Part shown: positions 55,783 through 64,000 of the stretch, in pieces
How positions within the stretch are numbered: the stretch's first letter is position 1
Layout of the letters: the number at the start of each line of letters is the position of its first letter
NCBI GenBank assembly: GCA_041665365.1
Contig: JBAYIY010000003.1
Coordinates: forward strand, 4,260 to 68,259
Source: Patescibacteria group bacterium
GTDB taxonomy: Bacteria; Patescibacteriota; Patescibacteriia; UBA9570
Direction of reading: 5' to 3'
Length of the DNA: 64,000 nucleotides
Made by a program: the position numbers and the translations under genes
The notes under the pieces: generated by a model
Seen by the model: only the letters and a program-made list of their open reading frames with translations
The model's database searches: none
What the model was told of the DNA's origin: nothing

Positions 55783-57310
55783 ATATTTGGGGGAATGAAG
55801 CTGGCTGAGCGGTTTGCCAAATAATGTCAGCTTGAGAGCCTTTCGGCATGATTAAATAACTTAAGTGGTATTGTTGTGCGGCTGGGTAAGCTTCAGGTGA
55901 ATTTGGTTTGGCTATAATATTATAGAATGCTTGGACACGCAAATATTCTGCACTAGTCTGGTCAGTAAATACGGTTTTGTATAAAGAGCTATTAGCTTTA
56001 AATGATTTTAAATTGCGATGATTCAAATTATACCAAGGATATGATGCAATTGGTCCATCGTACCACAAGGGGGCAAACGTAATTTCTCGATTGGCCGCGG
56101 CCATAATACCCACTAGCACACCATCATTAGGTTGGTTGGTATTTAACCACTGCACCGCTGTGATAAATTCAGCTTGTGGTTTGAATCTATTACTCCAACC
56201 GGTGATATCGTCTTTTATGTAAACAACGGTATGCGCTAATTGAGCACTCCAGATTAATAAGACACATCCTAACCATAACCACGCCGGCCATTTAATCATC
56301 GTGCGTAATTGTTCAATCCCAACGGCAGCTAATAAGACTACTCCCAACCAACAGTAAGCCACAAATCTATCCGGTAATAGTATCCAACCAATCACAGATA
56401 GATGACCCATAATTAGGGGAACAACTAACCAACTAATCATCAAACCATACACCGCTGATCTTTTATCTTTATAAAATAACAAACCAATTACGGCCAGTGC
56501 CGCTAAACCATAACCAAGAAAGGCCGGGTGATCGTACAGTGGGTGATCATAGCCGGAGTAAGCGCCACTCTTAAACAAATTAACCGCCTCATGCAGTGAC
56601 ACTGGCAATATCTCAAACTGCCACACCAAGCCAAAACCAACTAAACCTAAAATACCAATCACCAGTTTCCATTTCCAGTTAGGCAGATACCATAAATAAA
56701 ACCACACGGCACAGGTAACGCCAGCTACGCCAAAACTCAATGAGTGAATATAGCCTAATAATCCAGTGACCGGTATAACCAAAAACCATAACCACCAGTT
56801 TTTTGTAGTAACAATCAGGGCTAGTGATAAAACTAAAATGCTAATCAAACAATACCCAATTAAATTTTGTGGGGTTAGAATCTCAGCGCGCAATACAATT
56901 GGTACCAAACTGGTACTTAAACCAGTTATAGTAGCCACCAACAATGAACGTGATGTGACCCAACCAATTGCCCATAGCACACCAGCTAGTGTCATTAAAG
57001 TTAACACTAATACAACCGGCACTAAGTGATAGCCGGGTACATGGGTTAGTTTGATGATTCCGGCCAGGAAATATTGCAAACCTGGATAGGTACTAGAGGT
57101 CCAACAGATATTAAAATTATAACCTAAATCTCCGGTGTGTCCTGTACTGAATTGGCCGGTATCAGCTAAAGTCTGCGCGCCACACGACCAACCACCAGCA
57201 TCCGGCGTGGTTAAAAACCAACCATACATGAGGTACGGTAAAACACCAACCAAGCCAGCTTGAACCAGCACAAGCACCAGTGAGATAATTACCTTAAATG
57301 GTTTCGACAT
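55745..57310 (-). CDS. Polytopic membrane protein, possible GT-C-fold glycosyltransferase
   Basis: More than 10 TM helices; TPD in first loop, YPG, HSLS, PDRF, C-terminal soluble domain (AVQWLN...YENQTYRIY). Confidence 0.55.
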   Translation of the reverse strand: MSKPFKVIISLVLVLVQAGLVGVLPYLMYGWFLTTPDAGGWSCGAQTLADTGQFSTGHTGDLGYNFNICWTSSTYPGLQYFLAGIIKLTHVPGYHLVPVVLVLTLMTLAGVLWAIGWVTSRSLLVATITGLSTSLVPIVLRAEILTPQNLIGYCLISILVLSLALIVTTKNWWLWFLVIPVTGLLGYIHSLSFGVAGVTCAVWFYLWYLPNWKWKLVIGILGLVGFGLVWQFEILPVSLHEAVNLFKSGAYSGYDHPLYDHPAFLGYGLAALAVIGLLFYKDKRSAVYGLMISWLVVPLIMGHLSVIGWILLPDRFVAYCWLGVVLLAAVGIEQLRTMIKWPAWLWLGCVLLIWSAQLAHTVVYIKDDITGWSNRFKPQAEFITAVQWLNTNQPNDGVLVGIMAAANREITFAPLWYDGPIASYPWYNLNHRNLKSFKANSSLYKTVFTDQTSAEYLRVQAFYNIIAKPNSPEAYPAAQQYHLSYLIMPKGSQADIIWQTAQPASFPQIYENQTYRIYSLR

Positions 57311-58205
57311 AATCGGCTACTCCGGTAGCAAAACTCCAATGTGGTTTCCAACCTAAATCACGTCTGGCCTTAGTGGCATTGATATAGGTATGCATCACTT
57401 CGCCAGCGCGGATATTTTTGAAATGTGGTTTGCCGGATTGTGGGAAGTGTTGAGCTATAGTGGTATAAACAACTTGATCAGAAATTGGTTTACCTAAACC
57501 TAGATTATAGATTTGATCATTACCTGATTGTAAAGCTAATATATTAGCCGCCACAACATCTGGTATATAAATATAATCGCGCGTTTTGTCACCTTGACCA
57601 AAGATAGTAGTTGGTTGATGTTGGGACAATTGTTGTGCAAAAATAGCTACGACACCAGCTTCACCGTGTGGATCTTGTCTGACACCAAAAACGTTACCAT
57701 AACGGAAAATAGTGTAATGCAAACCAAAGGCACGGTGATAGTATTGGATCCAGTTTTCTCCCAATTGTTTAGAGGCAGCATAGGCTGAGATTGGTTCTAA
57801 CGGTGCAGTTTCTTTAGTAGGCAACTGTTTGGCGTTACCATAAATGGTGCCGCCAGTTGAGGCAAAGATAATTTTTTTTGTACCGGCTAAAGTAGCACAG
57901 CGTAAAACATTGGCTGTACCTAAAACATTCACATCTAAAGTAGTATCAGGATCACGCATCGATATCACCACTTCTGAGAGCGCGGCATGATGATTCACTA
58001 CGTCAGGTTTCTCCGTAATAAAAATCTGTTGTAACTTAGTTTGATTGCGCACATCGACTCGATAAAATCTTGCGGCTGGATGCACATTCTTTTTAAAACC
58101 ATGTTGTAAACTATCTACTACAATCACGTGATGGCCAGCCTGGACGTAGGCATCAACAATATGGGAACCAATAAACCCGGCTCCACCGGTCACTAATATG
58201 CGCAT
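57294..58205 (-). CDS. NAD-dependent epimerase (UDP-glucose 4-epimerase-like)
   Basis: [45 protein letters not shown]; start at 58205. Confidence 0.88.
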   Translation of the reverse strand: MRILVTGGAGFIGSHIVDAYVQAGHHVIVVDSLQHGFKKNVHPAARFYRVDVRNQTKLQQIFITEKPDVVNHHAALSEVVISMRDPDTTLDVNVLGTANVLRCATLAGTKKIIFASTGGTIYGNAKQLPTKETAPLEPISAYAASKQLGENWIQYYHRAFGLHYTIFRYGNVFGVRQDPHGEAGVVAIFAQQLSQHQPTTIFGQGDKTRDYIYIPDVVAANILALQSGNDQIYNLGLGKPISDQVVYTTIAQHFPQSGKPHFKNIRAGEVMHTYINATKARRDLGWKPHWSFATGVADYVETI

Positions 58206-58256
58206 AGTAGCGTTAGGATACCACGACTTGCCAATCAAGGCTATATATGTAATAGT

Positions 58257-58931
58257 ATGGGCTCATTTATGATTACCGCTGCGGTTATTCCGGCTCGAAA
58301 TGAAGCAAAACGCATTAGAAGTGTGGTCGAACAAACGCGCTTACATGTTGATTATGTTGTAATAGTGGACGATGGTTCAAATGATGGTACGGCTGATATG
58401 ATTAATGATTTAGGGGAAACAGTGGTTGTTTTGCAGCATGATGTTAACTTAGGTAAGGGAGCGGCTTTAAAAACCGGCTGTGATGCAGCATTATTACTGA
58501 AAGCTGATGTGATTGTCACACTCGATGCCGATGGGCAGCATAATCCGGCTAGTATTCCTGGCATGATTAAACAATTACAAGATGACAAACTCGATATTGT
58601 CTTTGGTATGCGTCAGTTTAATAGTAAAATGCCCATGATGATGCTCATTGGTAATCAATTCTTATCAAAACTGATTAGTTTCTTATTTAAAGTAATGATT
58701 CATGACACGCAATCCGGCTATCGTGTGTTTACTGCGCATGCTTATAAAGATTTACGTTGGCACAGCACTGGCTATGAAGCCGAAACCGAGATGATCGTGC
58801 GCACGGGGGATCATCATTTACATTATGCCGAATTCGATATCGCTACGATTTATCACGATAATTATAAAGGCACTACAGTCTTTGATGGTATTAAGATTTT
58901 ATTACAAATTCTAAGGTGGAAATTCATCTAA
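58257..58931 (+). CDS. GT2 glycosyltransferase (polyprenol-phosphate sugar synthase-like)
   Basis: IPARNE, VDDGSNDGT, NLGKGAAL, DADGQH, DTQSGYR. Confidence 0.9.
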   Translation: MGSFMITAAVIPARNEAKRIRSVVEQTRLHVDYVVIVDDGSNDGTADMINDLGETVVVLQHDVNLGKGAALKTGCDAALLLKADVIVTLDADGQHNPASIPGMIKQLQDDKLDIVFGMRQFNSKMPMMMLIGNQFLSKLISFLFKVMIHDTQSGYRVFTAHAYKDLRWHSTGYEAETEMIVRTGDHHLHYAEFDIATIYHDNYKGTTVFDGIKILLQILRWKFI

Positions 58932-58934
58932 AAT

Positions 58935-59264
58935 ATGACTAATATTCAAATTATTGCCAGCGTCTTCGGATTAGTAATGATGTATCTATCTTTTTTACAT
59001 TATAAGCGGCATGAGTTTAATCGCTATCAGTTTGTTATCTGGGAAATACTCTGGCTAGGCTTTGCTTTAGTGACACTATTACCGAATCGATTTAATTTTG
59101 TGACCGAAAAATTGGGTATTGCGCGCGCGTTTGATTTATTTTCTATCATTGCTTTTGTAATTATACTGTTTTTAACCTTTCATAATTATTTATTAGTGAC
59201 AAAATTAGAAAAAAGGTTAGAAAACCGGGTGCGGGATAAAGCCCTGGAACCATTAAAAAAATAA
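58935..59264 (+). CDS. DUF2304-like membrane protein
   Basis: Three TM helices, LGIARAFDL, follows a GT2 gene. Confidence 0.72.
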   Translation: MTNIQIIASVFGLVMMYLSFLHYKRHEFNRYQFVIWEILWLGFALVTLLPNRFNFVTEKLGIARAFDLFSIIAFVIILFLTFHNYLLVTKLEKRLENRVRDKALEPLKK

Positions 59265-59266
59265 CT

Positions 59267-60328
59267 ATGACACCTATGAAAACAGCCTTAATTATTGGTA
59301 TTACCGGACAAGATGGTTCTTATTTAGCTGAGTTATTACTAGCCAAGGGTTATACTGTACATGGTACTATTCGGCGTGCCAGTACGTTTAACACGGGGAG
59401 GATCGACCATCTTTATCAAGACCCACACGTGCATGGCGTGAATTTGTTTTTGCATTATAGCGATTTAAGTGACGGTAGTAATCTAGCTCGTTTGATTCGT
59501 GAATTAAAACCAGATGAAATATATAATTTAGGTGCCCAAAGTCATGTGCGGGTGAGTTTTGATATTCCGGAATACACCGGTGAGGTCACTGGCTTAGGCA
59601 CATTAAAAATTCTCGATGCCATTCGTGATGCCGGTGATAAAATAAAGTTTTATCAAGCCTCTAGTTCGGAAATGTTTGGTTTAGTGCAAGCTGTGCCCCA
59701 AACCGAAACGACACCGTTTTATCCGCGGTCACCCTATGCGGTGGCTAAAGTATATTCCTATTGGATTACGCGCAATTATCGCGAAGCTTATAATTTATTT
59801 GCCTGCAACGGCATTTTATTTAATCACGAATCACCGCGCCGTGGTGAAACATTTGTCACCCGTAAAATTACTCGCGCTCTAGCCAAAATTAAATTAGGCA
59901 TCGATGAAAAATTATATTTAGGTAACATCGATGCGAAACGGGATTGGGGTTATGCCAAGGATTATGTCGAAGCGATGTGGTTAATGATGCAACAAGATAA
60001 ACCGGATGATTATGTGGTAGCCACTAATGAAACTCACACGGTGCGTGAATTTATCGAAGTGGCCGGTAAAGAGTTGGGCATGGACATTACTTGGCAAGGC
60101 TCCGGTGTAAACGAAAAAGGGATTGATACTAAAACTGGTAAAGAAATTATCAACATTGATCCAAAATATTTTCGGCCGACTGAAGTAGATTTATTAATCG
60201 GTGATTATAGTAAGGCAAAAAAAATCTTGGGTTGGGAACCAAAAGTGAGATTTACTGAATTAGCTAAAATTATGGCTTTAGCTGATTACGATTATTTTGC
60301 TAAAGAAAAAGGACATTTAGCTGCATGA
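59267..60328 (+). CDS. gmd: GDP-mannose 4,6-dehydratase
   Basis: [45 protein letters not shown]. Confidence 0.97.
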   Translation: MTPMKTALIIGITGQDGSYLAELLLAKGYTVHGTIRRASTFNTGRIDHLYQDPHVHGVNLFLHYSDLSDGSNLARLIRELKPDEIYNLGAQSHVRVSFDIPEYTGEVTGLGTLKILDAIRDAGDKIKFYQASSSEMFGLVQAVPQTETTPFYPRSPYAVAKVYSYWITRNYREAYNLFACNGILFNHESPRRGETFVTRKITRALAKIKLGIDEKLYLGNIDAKRDWGYAKDYVEAMWLMMQQDKPDDYVVATNETHTVREFIEVAGKELGMDITWQGSGVNEKGIDTKTGKEIINIDPKYFRPTEVDLLIGDYSKAKKILGWEPKVRFTELAKIMALADYDYFAKEKGHLAA

Positions 60329-61257
60329 TGGAACTCACTGCAAAAATATACGTAGCCGGTCACCGTGGTTTAGTGGGCAGTGCGATCATGCGGCAGCTCA
60401 CAACGTTAGGCTACACAAACCTGATTACAAAAACGCACAGTGAATTAGACTTACTCAATCAAGCCCAGGTTAAGGCTTTTTTTGAGACAGAAAAACCAGA
60501 TTATGTTTTTATGGCGGCTGCCAAAGTAGGCGGGATTCAGGCTAATAATTTATATCGAGCAGATTTTATTTACCAAAATATTCAAATTCAAAATAATGTC
60601 ATTTGGAGTGCCTATCAAGCCGGTGTCAAAAAACTATTATTTTTAGGCAGTAGTTGTATTTATCCAAAACTTTGCCCACAACCAATTAAAGAAGAGTATC
60701 TTTTAACTGGCGCATTGGAAGCCACTAATGAGCCTTATGCCATAGCCAAGATTGCCGGTATAAAATTATGTGAAGCATTAAATGTGCAATATGGTACCAA
60801 CTACATCTCCGTAATGCCAACTAACATGTATGGCCCGGGTGATAATTATGATCTGAACAATTCCCACGTGTTGCCCGCGTTGATTCGTAAGTTTGTTGAA
60901 GCGAAACAATCTCAGGCACCGACTGTCACTGTTTGGGGTACTGGCACACCGCGCCGTGAGTTAATGCACGTTGATGATTTAGCTAATGCCGTTGTGTTTT
61001 TAATGAATAATTATGACGGTAAAGACATTGTTAATATCGGTACCGGTATAGATCACACGATCATGGCCATTGCCCAACTGGTAAAAACAGCCGCCGGTTT
61101 TGTCGGGGAAATTGTGTTGGACAATACTAAACCAGATGGTACACCCCAGAAATTGTTAGATGTGTCGCGGATAAATAAGTTGGGTTGGCAGGCAAAAATT
61201 GAATTGAAAGAGGGAATTAGACAAAGTGTTGATTGGTATAATAAAGAAATGATATGA
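60325..61257 (+). CDS. fcl: GDP-L-fucose synthase
   Basis: [44 protein letters not shown]. Confidence 0.96.
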   Translation: MMELTAKIYVAGHRGLVGSAIMRQLTTLGYTNLITKTHSELDLLNQAQVKAFFETEKPDYVFMAAAKVGGIQANNLYRADFIYQNIQIQNNVIWSAYQAGVKKLLFLGSSCIYPKLCPQPIKEEYLLTGALEATNEPYAIAKIAGIKLCEALNVQYGTNYISVMPTNMYGPGDNYDLNNSHVLPALIRKFVEAKQSQAPTVTVWGTGTPRRELMHVDDLANAVVFLMNNYDGKDIVNIGTGIDHTIMAIAQLVKTAAGFVGEIVLDNTKPDGTPQKLLDVSRINKLGWQAKIELKEGIRQSVDWYNKEMI

Positions 61258-62210
61258 ATAGAATCGATTCAAAACGTATTTTAATTACTGGAGGTGCTGG
61301 TTTTATTGGGTCACATCTCTGTCGTAGTTTATTATCTGATGGACACGATATATTGTGTGTTGATAATTTTTATACGGGTAGTAAGCGTAATGTGCTCGAT
61401 TTAATCGGTCATCCACATTTTGAGTTGCTACGTCATGATGTTACTTTTCCACTCTATGTTGAAGTTGATGAAATTTACAATTTAGCTTGTCCAGCTTCTC
61501 CAATTCATTATCAGTTTGATCCAGTGCAAACTACAAAGACATCAGTTCATGGTGCCATTAATATGTTGGGACTAGCAAAAAGAGTAAAGGCTAAAATTTT
61601 TCAGGCCTCTACTTCTGAAATCTATGGTGATCCCAGTGTTCATCCTCAAACTGAGGCGTATTGGGGAAATGTCAACACGACTGGCCTTCGTGCTTGTTAT
61701 GATGAAGGTAAACGGTGTGCTGAAACTTTATTTTTTGATTATTATCGACAACATCACTTAGATATTAGAGTGGCTAGAATTTTTAATACCTATGGCCCTA
61801 ACATGCATCCACGTGATGGGCGAGTTGTATCTAACTTTATTGTTCAAGCGTTAACGAATCAACCCCTCACGTTATATGGGGACGGCTCTCAAACGAGGAG
61901 TTTTCAGTATGTTGACGATTTGGTTAATGGCATGATTGCTATGATGAACAACACAGAGCAATTTATTGGTCCGGTTAATTTAGGAAATCCGCAAGAGTTT
62001 ACTATTCGTCAATTAGCTGACTTAGTTCTCAAGTTTATTCCAGAGAGTCATAGTCAACTTGAATTTAAATCACTTCCGGAAGATGATCCCAAACAACGTC
62101 AGCCAAATATTCAACTCGCTCGCACTAAATTACAGTGGGAACCTACCATATCTTTGCAAGAAGGATTAGTAAAAACAATTAGCTATTTTAAGGAACTATT
62201 AAAAGTCTAA
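61254..62210 (+). CDS. uxs: UDP-glucuronate decarboxylase (UDP-xylose synthase)
   Basis: [40 protein letters not shown]. Confidence 0.93.
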   Translation: MNRIDSKRILITGGAGFIGSHLCRSLLSDGHDILCVDNFYTGSKRNVLDLIGHPHFELLRHDVTFPLYVEVDEIYNLACPASPIHYQFDPVQTTKTSVHGAINMLGLAKRVKAKIFQASTSEIYGDPSVHPQTEAYWGNVNTTGLRACYDEGKRCAETLFFDYYRQHHLDIRVARIFNTYGPNMHPRDGRVVSNFIVQALTNQPLTLYGDGSQTRSFQYVDDLVNGMIAMMNNTEQFIGPVNLGNPQEFTIRQLADLVLKFIPESHSQLEFKSLPEDDPKQRQPNIQLARTKLQWEPTISLQEGLVKTISYFKELLKV

Positions 62211-62212
62211 TC

Positions 62213-62644
62213 ATGTTGCGAACTGTACAAAATTTTATTACAGCAGTACGTCAAAGATATGGAAGCTTTCCAATTTTTTTTGTGATTGGCGGCAGTTGTG
62301 GTCTATTAGATTTGGCTATTTTATATACATTAACAGATGTTTTTAAAATATGGTATTTATATGCGGGTGTTATTTCGTTTCTGATCATCTCTATTATTAG
62401 TTTTTTCTTACATAAGACAATTTCATTTAACAGTGCGTCAACAAACTATCGGCAGCAGTATATTCAATTTCTATTTGTTATCACAGTGGGTATTGTTATT
62501 AACAACTCTGTATTGTATATTTGCACCAGTCTATTGGGCATATGGTATCTGACATCTCGCATTATTTCATCCTTAGTGGCCATGATCTGGAATTATTGGT
62601 TTAATTCACGCATAGTGTTTACTAGTCCTATGCAACATTTATGA
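62213..62644 (+). CDS. GtrA family flippase-like membrane protein
   Basis: FFVIG...LDLAILY, FFLHKTISF, WNYWFNSRIVF. Confidence 0.85.
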   Translation: MLRTVQNFITAVRQRYGSFPIFFVIGGSCGLLDLAILYTLTDVFKIWYLYAGVISFLIISIISFFLHKTISFNSASTNYRQQYIQFLFVITVGIVINNSVLYICTSLLGIWYLTSRIISSLVAMIWNYWFNSRIVFTSPMQHL

Positions 62645-63351
62645 AAATAGTTTCAATCATTATCCCTGTCTACAATGAAGTCAAGACGATACCGGCTATT
62701 ATCCAGGCAGTAGAGCAGGCTTCAGTGGGTCATTTGCAAAAAGAGATTATTCTGGTTGATGATTGTTCAACCGATGGTAGTCGAGCGCTACTTGAATCTT
62801 ATCAAACCAGTCATCGAGTATTTTTTCATAAAGTTAATACTGGAAAAGGTGCAGCCCTGCATACAGGACTGGTTCAGGCTAGTGGCGATATCATCATCAT
62901 TCAGGATGCCGATTTAGAATATGACCCAACTGAGTATGAAGAATTATTGGCTCCCATATTGAAAGGTAAAGCAGATGTTGTGTTTGGTTCACGCTTCATG
63001 GGTGGTAAACCACACCGCATTTTGTATTATTGGCATTTTATTGGGAATAAAATGTTAACTACATTTTCAAATATGTGTACAAATTTGAATCTGACAGACA
63101 TGGAGACCTGTTATAAAGTGTTTACTCGATCGGTTTCAGACTTGATCGTGCCTAAGCTCACTTCAAAACGTTTTGGATTTGAACCAGAATTTACATCGTT
63201 AGTGGCCAAATTGGTGAAACAAGATCAGTGCCGCATTTACGAAATTGGTATTTCTTACAGTGGTCGTGGTTATAGTGAGGGTAAAAAAATTGGTTGGAAA
63301 GATGGCATTGAAGCGATCTGGTGCATTATTAAATTTAATCTATTACGTTGA
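62641..63351 (+). CDS. GT2 glycosyltransferase (DPM synthase-like)
   Basis: IIIPVYNE, VDDCSTDG, IIQDADLEYDP, LTDMETCYK, EGKKIGWKDG. Confidence 0.92.
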   Translation: MKIVSIIIPVYNEVKTIPAIIQAVEQASVGHLQKEIILVDDCSTDGSRALLESYQTSHRVFFHKVNTGKGAALHTGLVQASGDIIIIQDADLEYDPTEYEELLAPILKGKADVVFGSRFMGGKPHRILYYWHFIGNKMLTTFSNMCTNLNLTDMETCYKVFTRSVSDLIVPKLTSKRFGFEPEFTSLVAKLVKQDQCRIYEIGISYSGRGYSEGKKIGWKDGIEAIWCIIKFNLLR

Positions 63352-63938
63352 TGAACAGACAACGTGCTCATTTTCAAGGTAAAGAAGCTAGTTTAGAAAG
63401 TCTATTACGTTGGTTGCGTTTAAGAAGAATTGTTCGACATATCCCTGACAATAGTGTGGTGGTTGACTTAGGGTGTGGTTATGACGCTGGTTTTTTACAT
63501 ACGATCGCATCCAAACTAAAGCGCGGCATAGGTGTAGATTTATCTGTTGGACCTAGCTCGGTTCAGCACATTGAAATGTTAGCAGCCAATCTCAATGAGC
63601 CATTGCCATTACCTGATAAAACATTTGATATCGTAGTATCGATGGCTAATTTAGAACATTTGGAAAAACCAGAGGTAGCATTGCAAGAAATGAAACGGGT
63701 TTTAAAACCAGGTGGCAAAGTATTACTAACCACACCTTCTACCTATGCTAAACCGGTGTTAGAATTTTTAGCTTATCGCTTACATGTTGTGAGTGAAGAT
63801 GAAATTCGTGATCACAAATTGTATTTCAATAAAGCCTTACTTCATCAGTATTTTAAGGAGGCCGGTTTTAATAATATTCAACATCACTATTTTCAATTTG
63901 GTATGAATAATTTCGTTTTAGCAGTAAAAGACTACTAG
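63348..63938 (+). CDS. Class I SAM-dependent methyltransferase
   Basis: VDLGCG, LEHL, RVLKPGG. Confidence 0.88.
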   Translation: MMNRQRAHFQGKEASLESLLRWLRLRRIVRHIPDNSVVVDLGCGYDAGFLHTIASKLKRGIGVDLSVGPSSVQHIEMLAANLNEPLPLPDKTFDIVVSMANLEHLEKPEVALQEMKRVLKPGGKVLLTTPSTYAKPVLEFLAYRLHVVSEDEIRDHKLYFNKALLHQYFKEAGFNNIQHHYFQFGMNNFVLAVKDY

Positions 63939-63951
63939 ATTAGTTTCGACA

Positions 63952-64000
63952 ATGTTATTTACACTATTAGTTTGGCTTATCATTACAGTTATTATCTATA
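63952..64000 (+). CDS. Start of a probable membrane protein (truncated by window edge)
   Basis: MLFTLLVWLIITVIIY, open to the end of the window. Confidence 0.4.
   Translation, partial: MLFTLLVWLIITVIIY

Overview
Bacterial chromosome segment (code 11, AT-rich, tightly packed, few Shine-Dalgarno motifs). Gene content and style suggest a Patescibacteria/CPR (Parcubacteria/ABY1-like) genome; this is inference. It holds a de novo purine cluster (purF, purD, purN, purH, guaA), ftsK-rodZ-recA, CIRCE-controlled groESL, a tRNA-fMet, uvrA/uvrC/pcrA, two type II toxin-antitoxin pairs, secG, RNase J, a serpin, several secreted or surface FN3/Ig/beta-helix proteins, trpS, murD, murI, gpmI, a phosphohexomutase, glyA, ychF and a nucleotide-sugar/glycosylation cluster. 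Most notable: (1) three families of palindromic repeats. Two of them bracket a small stand-alone nuclease gene: a DUF559 gene inside 27-bp inverted repeats with ORF-less relatives elsewhere, and a GIY-YIG gene at the tRNA-fMet 3' end between 12-bp direct repeats. The third family is inserted in-frame in proteins. (2) An Elp3 gene overlapping head-to-head with a Trm9/ALKBH8-like methyltransferase, suggesting eukaryote/archaea-type mcm5U34 tRNA modification. (3) A membrane-anchored ECF-sigma-like fusion. (4) A FAD oxidoreductase-cytochrome b-Rieske fusion. No CRISPR, rRNA, integrase or transposase was seen. All family calls come from motif recognition by eye, not database searches.
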